A stretch of DNA of 64,000 nucleotides from Candidatus Bathyarchaeota archaeon (GTDB lineage: Archaea > Thermoproteota > Bathyarchaeia > Bathyarchaeales > Bathycorpusculaceae): the NCBI GenBank assembly GCA_963828195.1, contig CAWHDT010000004.1, forward strand, positions 32,001-96,000, read 5' to 3'. A model generated the notes under the pieces. It was not told the origin of the DNA. It ran no database searches and saw nothing but the letters and a program-made list of their open reading frames with translations. The translations under genes and the position numbers were made by a program. Shown here in pieces: positions 41,928-50,532 of the stretch (position 1 is its first letter; every line of letters begins with the position of its first letter).

Positions 41928-43040
41928 TTATGAAGATTTTGCTACGGAAAGACGCTTTCCAAGAGTGTTAGTCAGTGGAGAAAATACATCCTTTTTAGTT
42001 ATAAAATTGTAAACGAGTGGAACAATTCTTTTTTTGATAGCTCTAATCTCAAGGTTATGCCTTATCAAAGTATTCCAATTTTGCTTGTAGGATTCATCGC
42101 CTCTCATGAAATCGAATTCATTTAAGCCATTATCGATAGAATTTTTTATCGAGTATAAGAAGAGAAGATGCCCTAAATGGTAATCAAAGTATTTCGGGTC
42201 AAATCCTGTAAGATAGTTAAACATTTTATTTCTGTATTTGAATGCATAAATTGCTGAAACAGGTTGATTGTTTAGTGTAAGAAAACAAAGATTCAACCAT
42301 CCCCTTTCGGCGAAAGACCTGGCAACGCTTAAGTGAAAATCACGGAATTTTGGGTCTGCAAAAGCTCCAGCGCTGTTTTCCGACTGCCACTTCATTTGGT
42401 GTAGATTAAAAAATGTCTTCATGGCCGTATCAAGGGTATCCAAATCGTTATGAATATAGAAATTAACTTTGAAATCATTTTGTAGCCTTTTGTCCCATCG
42501 CCGCATATTTCTCCGCCAATTAGAACCTAAGCCTTGAAAGTAAGCTTCAAACTTATTTGGCAAGATGATATATGGACAAATGTTGAGATTTCTTTCCGCC
42601 AATTCTAGTTTTTTCCCTGAACAAGTCTTCAGAGCCTTTATCGTGTCGGAGTCTTCTGGAACATCTTCAAATTCGATGCAGTCCCACTTTGAGCTTGCAT
42701 GATTTGCGTAATCCATCATTAGCTTAGCGCACTCTGCCTTTTTGTCCGCCAAAAGAAAAGTTTGATAGTCGGCTGCTGGAGTTCCTATGAACTCCATTTT
42801 TGTTAGTTTGAGTCCAGCTAATTTATATTTAGAACGCATCAACGGAGCCGCTGCAACTAGTTTTTCGTCGTCGCTAACTGTTATTAGACTGAATATCCTT
42901 TCGTCGCCGAAGTGCTTCCACCATGTTGACAGCCACTCCCACGTGAGAAATATGTGGTTATCACCGCTTCTTTGAAGAGCGTCGGCCCATTCAGTTTTAT
43001 AATTCAAAAACTGCTCAAAAGATAACTCGGCTACTTTCAT
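41928..43040 (-). CDS. GNAT, CelD/BcsL (Acetyltransf_6) Fem-fold transferase
   Basis: FLTWEWLSTWWKHFG, ADY, YLTGFDP and FDFMRGDESYK; paralog of 30292-31410. Confidence 0.88.
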   Translation of the reverse strand: MKVAELSFEQFLNYKTEWADALQRSGDNHIFLTWEWLSTWWKHFGDERIFSLITVSDDEKLVAAAPLMRSKYKLAGLKLTKMEFIGTPAADYQTFLLADKKAECAKLMMDYANHASSKWDCIEFEDVPEDSDTIKALKTCSGKKLELAERNLNICPYIILPNKFEAYFQGLGSNWRRNMRRWDKRLQNDFKVNFYIHNDLDTLDTAMKTFFNLHQMKWQSENSAGAFADPKFRDFHLSVARSFAERGWLNLCFLTLNNQPVSAIYAFKYRNKMFNYLTGFDPKYFDYHLGHLLFLYSIKNSIDNGLNEFDFMRGDESYKQNWNTLIRHNLEIRAIKKRIVPLVYNFITKKDVFSPLTNTLGKRLSVAKSS

Positions 43041-43139
43041 TTAAAATTCAAATCCTTTTTTTGAGTGAAGATCAGATTTTTCGACTTGGATGCACATCTT
43101 GAAACTCCAACACCCGAAACATGAAGCAATAATTGCTGT

Positions 43140-43213
43140 TGGAGCCAGGGGTTGGATTTGCACCAACATAAACGGCTCTGCAGGCCGTCGCTTTCGTACT
43201 CAGCCACCCCGGC
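43140..43213 (-). tRNA. tRNA-Cys(GCA), non-canonical, copy 2, identical to copy 1
   Basis: 74/74 identical to 40977-41050; flanks diverge within 1 nt. Confidence 0.92.
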
Positions 43214-43306
43214 TCTTTTTTGGAATTGATTAACAATCAGCAATCAGTATCCAAAAAGCTGCTGTTTTGAAAAATGTGAACTTTTCCAGCAATGTTTGAC
43301 TGCCAA

Positions 43307-43906
43307 TTATGCAGTCATGTTTAGCCATAAGCTGACAAATCTTTGATTATACTGGAAAGCGTTAGCTGTATCATTAAAAATCCAAAGTTCAAAGAAGACG
43401 TTTCCGAAAAAGCCGTTATTTTGGGGATCAAATGCAACGGTTGTTTGGCTTAGACTTAATGGGAAACCGTTAACGATGATGTTTTGCATGTCTACTTGAT
43501 TAGGGTTATTTTGATCAAGTTGGTACTGTAAAGAAAAGCTGATGGGGAGTTGCAGTGACTGATTATTAGCAACGCAAAATGGGATATCAACTAAAGACGG
43601 CAGATTGCTGCTTGTACCATTGAAACTGTCCGGAGCCGATTGCGTTTCGTTTCGGAATTTTACTTCGATCTGATAATAAGCAACGGACCCTATATGATTG
43701 TTAACATTAAGATATAATGAGTAATTTTGAGCTGCTTCAACGTTGTAAGGATATGTGGCATTGTGGTAAGCCCCAAAGATCGATAATTCCGTTAAGGGCG
43801 TTGGCGCTGGGGCTGCGGCAAGTTGCTGAATTGCAGGTGAGGCAACAAACAACGCTAAAACGACAGTTGCGACAAGTAAGAGTGTTCTGTATTGTCTGAT
43901 AGCCAT
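43307..43906 (-). CDS. DUF1616 family protein
   Basis: N-terminal TM, TELSI.G....YP, N..G..YY and FELW...LWLN. Confidence 0.8.
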   Translation of the reverse strand: MAIRQYRTLLLVATVVLALFVASPAIQQLAAAPAPTPLTELSIFGAYHNATYPYNVEAAQNYSLYLNVNNHIGSVAYYQIEVKFRNETQSAPDSFNGTSSNLPSLVDIPFCVANNQSLQLPISFSLQYQLDQNNPNQVDMQNIIVNGFPLSLSQTTVAFDPQNNGFFGNVFFELWIFNDTANAFQYNQRFVSLWLNMTA

Positions 43907-44380
43907 TCAAGTCTTCCTCGGTTTTCGATTCAATTTAATCCAAACAGCTGTGCCTGCACCTAAGATAGCCACAGAGCCAATTATGGAGAAAATAGTAACC
44001 ATGAATTTTTGATTGTCATTGTTATTGGCGTTTTGCTGCAGGGCTGTAGCTTGGGAGCTAAAGCTGTTTAACACGTTTTGGCTTTGAGTCGCATAATTAT
44101 AAGCTGCATTGTAGTCATTGCTTGCGTAAGCTAATTGAGCCTCAGACATTAAACCAGCAGCGTCGTTAAGAGTAACCATTAAAGAGGTTACGTTTGCTCC
44201 TGCCGATTGCGCTTGTTTAGCTGCATCATAGCAGCTTTTGAAGTTGTTTTGTGCTGAAGCAATGGCTGTTTGGGCGCTATTTTGTTGAGCGAAAACAGGA
44301 GAAACAAACAAAGCAACAGCTATAAAAAAGATTACAAAAGCTATAGCGCAAGTCTTTAAGCCTTTAATCAAGTTGAGCAC
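43907..44380 (-). CDS. Helical secreted/membrane-anchored hypothetical protein
   Basis: Signal peptide, Ala/Gln-rich helices (AGANVT.L...LN.A) and C-terminal TM. Confidence 0.75.
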   Translation of the reverse strand: MLNLIKGLKTCAIAFVIFFIAVALFVSPVFAQQNSAQTAIASAQNNFKSCYDAAKQAQSAGANVTSLMVTLNDAAGLMSEAQLAYASNDYNAAYNYATQSQNVLNSFSSQATALQQNANNNDNQKFMVTIFSIIGSVAILGAGTAVWIKLNRKPRKT

Positions 44381-44405
44381 CGTTAAAAATCAGGTCACAG
44401 AAAAA

Positions 44406-44771
44406 TTAGGTTGATTGTGAGTCTGATAGGAATTGTTTAATTGGGCACAATTCTTCTAAAGCTTTCTTTTTGGTGGAAAAATCGTAAAGGTGCTTTTCCA
44501 TGGTTTTGCTGCATCGAGCGTATTCTTTGTAAGCATCTAAATATTCATGTCCTTTGAAGGTTAATTTGTAGCGTTGATTATTATCTTCGAATGTTATAAG
44601 CGAAGCATCTATTATTTCGGTTAGATAACGTTGCAAAACCTTGTAGCTTAAGTTAGCTTGATACATTATCTGGGTTTTTTTAGGGTCCTGACTCGCAACG
44701 TTTAGAATGTCAGCTATTATGTCTAACCTATCTCGATAATTACCCACGGTTTGCGTTCTCCTAAAAATCAA
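44406..44771 (-). CDS. Winged-helix transcriptional regulator (HTH_45 type)
   Basis: YRDRLDIIADIL...KTQIMYQANLS...Y.LT.KG. Confidence 0.9.
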   Translation of the reverse strand: MIFRRTQTVGNYRDRLDIIADILNVASQDPKKTQIMYQANLSYKVLQRYLTEIIDASLITFEDNNQRYKLTFKGHEYLDAYKEYARCSKTMEKHLYDFSTKKKALEELCPIKQFLSDSQST

Positions 44772-44794
44772 ATAAAAACAAAAAATTTTAAACT

Positions 44795-45178
44795 TTAAGC
44801 GTGCAGCCAGCCTCTGCCGTTTTTCCTTAATTGATGTTTCTCCTTTTTTTCTTCAAAAGGCTGTTGGGCTAACTTTTTTCTTTGCGGTTTCTGAGTGGTG
44901 ATGTTAGTTTTAATAAATTTGGTCCATCCGCCAACCTGAGGGTCAGGAGGGATATATCTTTCTGCGTTCAAGACTTCATGTTCTTCTAGGATTTCCTTAA
45001 AGTTCAGGGCTTTGAAGTCTCTGGTTGCATGGATTATTGTGCCTTGGTCGATGAACAATTGATTGTAGCTATTGAGCGCTATGCCTTCAGCTCGAACTTT
45101 GTCGTCGTACCTTTCGCGCCAAAGTTTTTTCCATTCTACTTTTAATTCTTCCACGAATTCTTTTTGGTTTAGCGACAT
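44795..45178 (-). CDS. Conserved hypothetical protein
   Basis: 127-aa ORF with GGAGG SD; LWRERYDDKVRAEG and GGW motifs. Confidence 0.7.
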   Translation of the reverse strand: MSLNQKEFVEELKVEWKKLWRERYDDKVRAEGIALNSYNQLFIDQGTIIHATRDFKALNFKEILEEHEVLNAERYIPPDPQVGGWTKFIKTNITTQKPQRKKLAQQPFEEKKEKHQLRKNGRGWLHA

Positions 45179-45595
45179 GTCTAAAAAAGTCCCTCCATGA
45201 TAGAAGCGGATTTGAAAAAGCTGTTTTATAATGATAAAACTAGCAGGAGAAGTTCTCCCTAACTATTTTATGTTTGAATTGTCTTATTTAAGGTGTAAGG
45301 ATGAATTGTTCTATTTTTATTAAACATTAAGGGTTTTTTTCTGTATTTTAAATGATTTAATGTTTAATTTTGTTATTGTTTGATATAGAACATTTCATGT
45401 TTTTTTACAGAACAATTTCGCACATATTTGCCTATTGCGAAGGAGCGGTCGGTCAGGAACCGCTTGGTTCTAACGGAAAGAACATAAATAATTTAGTTTT
45501 GGGTTCTAATAAGTGTTACCACTTGCTTCTTTGGCGGCTTAGCTACTTTGCAATGTTTAAATTCTACTTTTACTATTAGGAAAAGTGGTATTGTT

Positions 45596-46777
45596 ATGGC
45601 GAGCTTAATTTTTGCTAAAGATGTCTATACAAATAGGTTTAACTCTGTTCAAGAAAATGATACATTGTCGCGGTGTTTAGAAGCATTTGAAACAGGTATG
45701 CCTCCGGTTTTAGCTGTTTTAAATGATAAGGGCAAATATGAAGGTGTGATTACTAGACGCGCGATTTTAAGGTCAAGACTTGACTCTACGGCGACGAAGG
45801 TAAAAACATTGATGAAGGTTGCGCCTCCTGTGACGGTTGAGTTTTCGCTCAGTAAAATGGCGAAGTTGATGATTGAGAGTGAGATGAGGCAGCTTCCGGT
45901 TTTTGAGAAGAATAAGCTGTTAGGGTTTGTTACTGACGAGAGTATAATTCATGCGGCCGTTCTTCAGGAGTGGGGTGGCACTGCGGTTGAGAAAATCATG
46001 ACTCGTGCGCCTCACACGATTGAGGGTAATCGTTCTGTGGGGGCTGTTCTTAGTTTAATGAGGGAATACGGCGTTTCTCATGTTCCAGTCATGGACAACG
46101 GCAAGCTTGTAGGAATAATCAGCATTGAAGATATTTTGGAGAATATTTATTGGCCTCAGAAACGCCAGACAACAGGAGATATAGTGGGAGAGAAAATTGA
46201 AACATTAAGCTTGCCAGCTAAAGGCATAATGAACAAACAATTAATTACTGTTGAACCTCAAACGAGCCTGCGTGTTACCGAGAAAATGATGTATGACCAC
46301 GACATAGCCTGTTTACTTGTTGTTTCAAACGAGCGGCTAGTTGGCATCGTGACGAAACGTGATTTTCTTGAGCCGATTTCCCAGTTGGAAGTTGTTGAGA
46401 AAAAATTGTCAGTTCAGTTCGGCGTTAAAGACGTAGAGGTTAGTCCTGAACAGCAGGGATTTATGATGGAAGAATTCGATTCCTTCGCTCATAAATACCA
46501 AGAGGCTTTCCAGTTAGGAACACTTTTTATCTACATGAAGAGCCACGGCAACACAAACCTAAGGGGAACACCGCTGATTCACTGCCGATTACAGTTCCGG
46601 ACGGTGAAGGGGACATTTTTTAGCGCCAGCGAAGGCTGGGGGGTTGAACCGACTTTCAGAGTGGCTTTAGATCGACTTGACAGAAGGCTGCTGCGGAGCA
46701 AAGAGCTGCTAGCTTACAATCCAAGATACGCGAAAGATTACCTGCGCAAGATTGGGCTTCCACAAGAAGAAACTTAA
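45596..46777 (+). CDS. Tandem CBS-domain protein with C-terminal HPF/RaiA-like domain (archaeal ribosome hibernation factor-like)
   Basis: Four CBS motifs (GVIT, GFVT, GIIS, GIVT), then CRLQFRT.KG.F.SASEGWG....ALDRLDRRL. Confidence 0.8.
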   Translation: MASLIFAKDVYTNRFNSVQENDTLSRCLEAFETGMPPVLAVLNDKGKYEGVITRRAILRSRLDSTATKVKTLMKVAPPVTVEFSLSKMAKLMIESEMRQLPVFEKNKLLGFVTDESIIHAAVLQEWGGTAVEKIMTRAPHTIEGNRSVGAVLSLMREYGVSHVPVMDNGKLVGIISIEDILENIYWPQKRQTTGDIVGEKIETLSLPAKGIMNKQLITVEPQTSLRVTEKMMYDHDIACLLVVSNERLVGIVTKRDFLEPISQLEVVEKKLSVQFGVKDVEVSPEQQGFMMEEFDSFAHKYQEAFQLGTLFIYMKSHGNTNLRGTPLIHCRLQFRTVKGTFFSASEGWGVEPTFRVALDRLDRRLLRSKELLAYNPRYAKDYLRKIGLPQEET

Positions 46778-46784
46778 TTTTTTT

Positions 46785-46995
46785 CTTTTTTCAAAAGAAC
46801 AACAATACTCGGGAAGCAACTGTTGTTCTTCTTCTCGGGCAGCATTTTTTTTTAAAAGAAGAAGAAGCCTCAAAAAACCGTTTTTCTTCTTCTTCTGCCC
46901 TGTGTCTTTTTTGTTGTTTTCCGTGTTTACGTTGAAGTTTTTGCTTTTGTGTGGTTTTGTTGTAAAAAGTAGGCAGGGAGAGAGGTTTTGGGTGT
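46785..46995. repeat. Dispersed double-hairpin repeat, copy C (reverse orientation to copy A)
   Basis: Reverse complement aligns with 1075-1255, including both hairpins. Confidence 0.8.
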
Positions 46996-47118
46996 TTGTG
47001 TTTTGGGTTGGTTTTTTGGTTTAGCGTTTGAAGCTGTTGCAGGTTAGGGTTAAAAAAGATATAAAAAGGTAGAAAAAGATACAGAAAGATATGGAAAGAT
47101 GGGAAAAGGTGCAGCCAC

Positions 47119-47502
47119 ATGCCGCTAACAAAGCAGGAAACATTCAAAGCTAAACTCCAACGCCACAACCGGATCGCAGTTCCAAAGCTGCTGCGGTGGC
47201 GCTACAAAATGGAGCCGTGTGAACCGTTAAAAGTCACCATTAAACCGCTTGAGCAAGAAAGCTACGGCGAAGAAGAGTTCCTGGCTAAAACAGCCACCGA
47301 CGGACGCTTAACAGTGCCAAAACTAAACATGAAAATCCTTGAGCAAAAGGAGGAAAAGAGCCTTGCAGGCGCCATTTTTGAAGTCACAATCAACCCCGCA
47401 GGCAACCCAAACGACGCCGCGCCTCAGCCTGAAGCCTATCCCCAAGAAAACACCGAAACAAAACTACTCGACAAAATCAAAGACACCCGAAAAAACCTCT
47501 AA
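47119..47502 (+). CDS. AbrB/MazE/SpoVT-like DNA-binding protein (two swapped-hairpin motifs)
   Basis: KLQRHNRIAVPKLLR and DGRLTVPKL repeats. Confidence 0.7.
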   Translation: MPLTKQETFKAKLQRHNRIAVPKLLRWRYKMEPCEPLKVTIKPLEQESYGEEEFLAKTATDGRLTVPKLNMKILEQKEEKSLAGAIFEVTINPAGNPNDAAPQPEAYPQENTETKLLDKIKDTRKNL

Positions 47503-47591
47503 CGCAACCCCATAACAACCCAAACCGCTCCAAACGGCACCACATAGAAAAAATCAAACCACCCATCAAAAAGCCTGGGATTCGCCTAAAA

Positions 47592-47644
47592 AGCTGGGGA
47601 GGGGAATTGAATCCATATGTAACAGCTCTGCAGGCTGTCGCCTG
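47592..47644 (-). pseudogene. Decayed 3' part of a canonical-type tRNA-Cys (att-like remnant 1)
   Basis: GGCG ACAGC CTGCAGA GCTGT TACAT ATGGA TTCAATT CCCCT CCCCAGC T; intact anticodon arm, no 5' acceptor strand. Confidence 0.8.
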
Positions 47645-47725
47645 ATTTTTGTGATAATTTATTATAATGAAATCGTTCTATAATAAAACAGAAAATTATA
47701 TATTTCGTTCTGCAATAAAACAATT

Positions 47726-48982
47726 ATGGCAGCCTCTGCAATTTTCGAGGAATGGAACACCTACGCTCAGCGAAGAGTCCTTGTTAAGCGTCAAGTGAAT
47801 CTAGACGCGATGGAGCGTAATTCACAGTCGAAGATAGTTGCCATCACAGGCATAAGACGCTGTGGCAAATCAAGCGTTTTGATGCTGTTAGCTCAGAAAC
47901 TGACAAAAGAAGGAAAAAAAGTCTGTTACATCAATGTGGAGGACAGCCGGCTTGGAGCCGAAAAAGATGTTCTGGATCAGATTCTCAAGTGGTTTGGCGA
48001 TGAAGGCTTCTTGTTGCTTGATGAAATAACCAGCGCCAACGATTGGAGCGGCTGGCTCGCAAGAACACATGAACTCCTCAAAGGCAAGCTGCATCTAGTG
48101 GTGGGTTCTTCTCGGAGGAGTTTGGTTACTCCAAGCAAACCATTGCGCGGTCGCATACTTTCAGTCGAGCTTTTTCCACTCTCTTTCAAAGAGTTTTTGA
48201 CCTTCAGAAATATAGAGGTTGAAAAGACCACGGTTGGGAGAGGGAAATTGGAGCGTGCACTTTCTGAGTATCTGAAGTTTGGAGGATTTCCGGAGGTCGT
48301 GCTTGCGGAAGATGTGATGGATAAAGTGAGGATTCTGGACTCTTACTTCAAGGATATTGTGGGTCTTGACGTAGCTGAGGTTTCGCGTGAAGATCCAACG
48401 ACAGTTGCAACTTTTGGAAGATGCGTAATCCAGAGCACTTACTTCTCCGCCTCTAAGTGCCTCAACTTCTTCAAAAGCTTAGGATACAGAATAGGCAAAG
48501 AGAAGCTGCTACAGCTTGAAAAATACGCCGAAGCAAGTTACCTTTTCTTCTTTATCCCAGTGTACTCACATAGCATAAAAACTCGCTCATTATACCCTCG
48601 CAAAGCATACTGCGGGGACGTTGGATTTTCATACGCTACAACTGGAAAGACCGATTGGGGAAGGCTGTATGAAAACGCCGTGTTCCTTGAACTAAAAAGA
48701 AGATTGAAAGATCAAGAAATCTGCTACTGGCGAAACAAAGTCGGCGAGGAAGCTGACTTTGTAATAAAGCGCGGAAGTGACGTGGACGAAGCATACCAAG
48801 TGGTCTACGATTTGAGCGGTGCTGAGACCGAGAACAGAGAAGTTGCAGGGTTAATATCATGCATGCAAGAACTCAAACCATGCACTTCACTCATACTAAC
48901 CAAAGAAGCCTCGGAGACCCGCAGAATAGGTGATTCCACAATCAGGTTTAAACCTCTCGTAGATTGGCTTATAGAAGAATGA
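47726..48982 (+). CDS. AAA_14 ATPase with DUF4143 domain and C-terminal nuclease-like motif
   Basis: GIRRCGKS Walker A, LLLDEI Walker B, GGFPEV, K.Y..DVG, ENAVF.EL and EADFV...YQV. Confidence 0.92.
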   Translation: MAASAIFEEWNTYAQRRVLVKRQVNLDAMERNSQSKIVAITGIRRCGKSSVLMLLAQKLTKEGKKVCYINVEDSRLGAEKDVLDQILKWFGDEGFLLLDEITSANDWSGWLARTHELLKGKLHLVVGSSRRSLVTPSKPLRGRILSVELFPLSFKEFLTFRNIEVEKTTVGRGKLERALSEYLKFGGFPEVVLAEDVMDKVRILDSYFKDIVGLDVAEVSREDPTTVATFGRCVIQSTYFSASKCLNFFKSLGYRIGKEKLLQLEKYAEASYLFFFIPVYSHSIKTRSLYPRKAYCGDVGFSYATTGKTDWGRLYENAVFLELKRRLKDQEICYWRNKVGEEADFVIKRGSDVDEAYQVVYDLSGAETENREVAGLISCMQELKPCTSLILTKEASETRRIGDSTIRFKPLVDWLIEE

Positions 48983-49031
48983 AGTGAACAAAAGACGAAA
49001 CCATATCCGCAATAGCTTGTTACTCATAAAG

Positions 49032-49075
49032 AGCGGAGATAGGAATTGAACCCATATATGACAACTCTGCAGGCT
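49032..49075 (-). pseudogene. Decayed 3' part of tRNA-Cys (att-like remnant 2)
   Basis: AGC CTGCAGA GTTGT CATAT ATGGG TTCAATT CCTAT CTCCGCT; aligns with remnant 1. Confidence 0.75.
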
Positions 49076-49142
49076 AACTAATTATTGATGCCTAAGTGAC
49101 GGCTAATGAAACGTGTAGTCTGATGTCTTTCAAATCCGCGTC

Positions 49143-49931
49143 TCAATGTTGCCGGATAATATTGCATAAGCGTCTTGCTGGACAAGGTTTCTTGACTAAG
49201 GATTTATTTTGATTACTTGGGTGTCTGCACTGTAACGAGGTGCTTAAATTCTGCAGGTTCTTTGCCTTCAAACTTTTGCCAATTGTGTTTGCAGGGATGT
49301 GCCAGCAAATCTTCAAAGTCTTCGGATAGTAGGTAAAGACCATGTTTTGACTGATCCACTCATCAGGTTTATCCCACCATTTCAATTCAAGCAGCTGCTC
49401 AATAACCTCTGGACTAAATCTATATCTTATTATTTTACTTGGGTTTCCAGCAACTATGGCGTAGGGCGGGACATCTTTGGCTACGACGCTGCGTGCCCCA
49501 ATGATTGCGCCGTCCCCAATTTTGACGCCTGACAATATGAGAGCTTCGTATCCTATCCACACGTCGTTTCCAACGTTTATGTCTCCCTTGCTCCTTGTCG
49601 GGTAGGGGTATTTGCGGTAGTTTTTGTCCACTACGCTAAACGGGCAGGTGGTTAACCATTTGGAGTTATGCTCTAAGCCCAAGATGAAGGTCGCGGAATT
49701 TGAGATTGAGCAGTACTTACCCACTTTTAATATAGCTGCTCCGCACCCGATAATTTTCGGTCTTGCAAAGCTGACTTTACCGAAATTAGTCAAAGTGGAA
49801 CCATGAGTATGCAGCGCTATTCGCATGTAGGTATGCCAGAAAACTCGCAGGTAAATATACTGAAGAGCACGCTTGCATTTTCGCCTTCTTCCTTCTGCGG
49901 GCAGAGGGGTTTTCAAGAGGGATTCATTCAA
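49143..49931 (-). CDS. CatB-related O-acetyltransferase, probably frameshifted near 49335
   Basis: VGNDVWIG...IGARSVVAKDVPPYAIVAGNPS and LELKWWD; an alternative frame after ISQNM reads LLSEDFEDLL, a more family-like tail. Confidence 0.8.
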   Translation of the reverse strand: MNESLLKTPLPAEGRRRKCKRALQYIYLRVFWHTYMRIALHTHGSTLTNFGKVSFARPKIIGCGAAILKVGKYCSISNSATFILGLEHNSKWLTTCPFSVVDKNYRKYPYPTRSKGDINVGNDVWIGYEALILSGVKIGDGAIIGARSVVAKDVPPYAIVAGNPSKIIRYRFSPEVIEQLLELKWWDKPDEWISQNMVFTYYPKTLKICWHIPANTIGKSLKAKNLQNLSTSLQCRHPSNQNKSLVKKPCPARRLCNIIRQH

Positions 49932-50112
49932 TGTAATGAACCTCCACCGCGTTTAAGCGTGTAATGCTGAATTTGTATTTCTCATTCGAAGACTCGCTGG
50001 CAGTTCCCATGATTATAAGTTTGAAATTTTTGGTAATAAAAGGTTCTTGTACAGAACTCTTGACCTCAGCCAAGTCAAACTTTCTTGACTAATGTTTGCT
50101 CAACAATAAAAG

Positions 50113-50140
50113 AACTGGTGATTGAAATTGAACCCATATG
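50113..50140 (-). pseudogene. Highly decayed tRNA T-arm/acceptor remnant 3
   Basis: CATATGGG TTCAATT TCAAT CACCAGTT; shares AATTGAACCCATAT with remnant 2 and has the same A-run flank. Confidence 0.55.
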
Positions 50141-50230
50141 CATCAAGCAGGTAGGAAGGTCATGGACCTTTAAGAGGGAACCTAATTAATTTTTTGAAAG
50201 TTTTTTCATCGAGATTGTGCCAAACCTCGG

Positions 50231-50515
50231 CTACTTATCTTTGACAATGTAGTCTGCTTCGAAGGTTCTTGGGTTTATCTGCCTTGTTTTAATCTCTTTC
50301 AACTCGGATTTGGCGCTTAATGTTTTGAATTGTTGTGCGAAGCCCTCAACGATGTCAAGTACACCGCACCCGTAGCAGAAACCGCCTGAAAACGAAACCG
50401 TAAGCATGGCTTGCGAGGCAAACACGAGTTTAGCAGTAACCTCAGGGCTCCTAACCCTGTTATAAAGGAGGACCGCTTTTTTTGCAAGCGCTTCCAGGTC
50501 TGGCGGTGGCAACAT
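50231..50515 (-). CDS. Conserved archaeal hypothetical protein
   Basis: YNR.RSPE..AKL and FSG.FC..CGV motifs. Confidence 0.75.
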   Translation of the reverse strand: MLPPPDLEALAKKAVLLYNRVRSPEVTAKLVFASQAMLTVSFSGGFCYGCGVLDIVEGFAQQFKTLSAKSELKEIKTRQINPRTFEADYIVKDK

Positions 50516-50532
50516 GTTTATTGAATGCCGGT

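Noticed and set aside
43037-43243. 68-aa ORF on the minus strand
   Set aside because: It is a translation through tRNA-Cys copy 2
46752-47168. ORFs 46752-47024, 46791-47168 and the similar 1101-1334
   Set aside because: Low-complexity translations of the dispersed hairpin repeat
47119-48982. AbrB plus ATPase as a toxin-antitoxin or defence operon
   Set aside because: Separated by a tRNA remnant and an AT-rich promoter-like gap; no toxin domain recognisable
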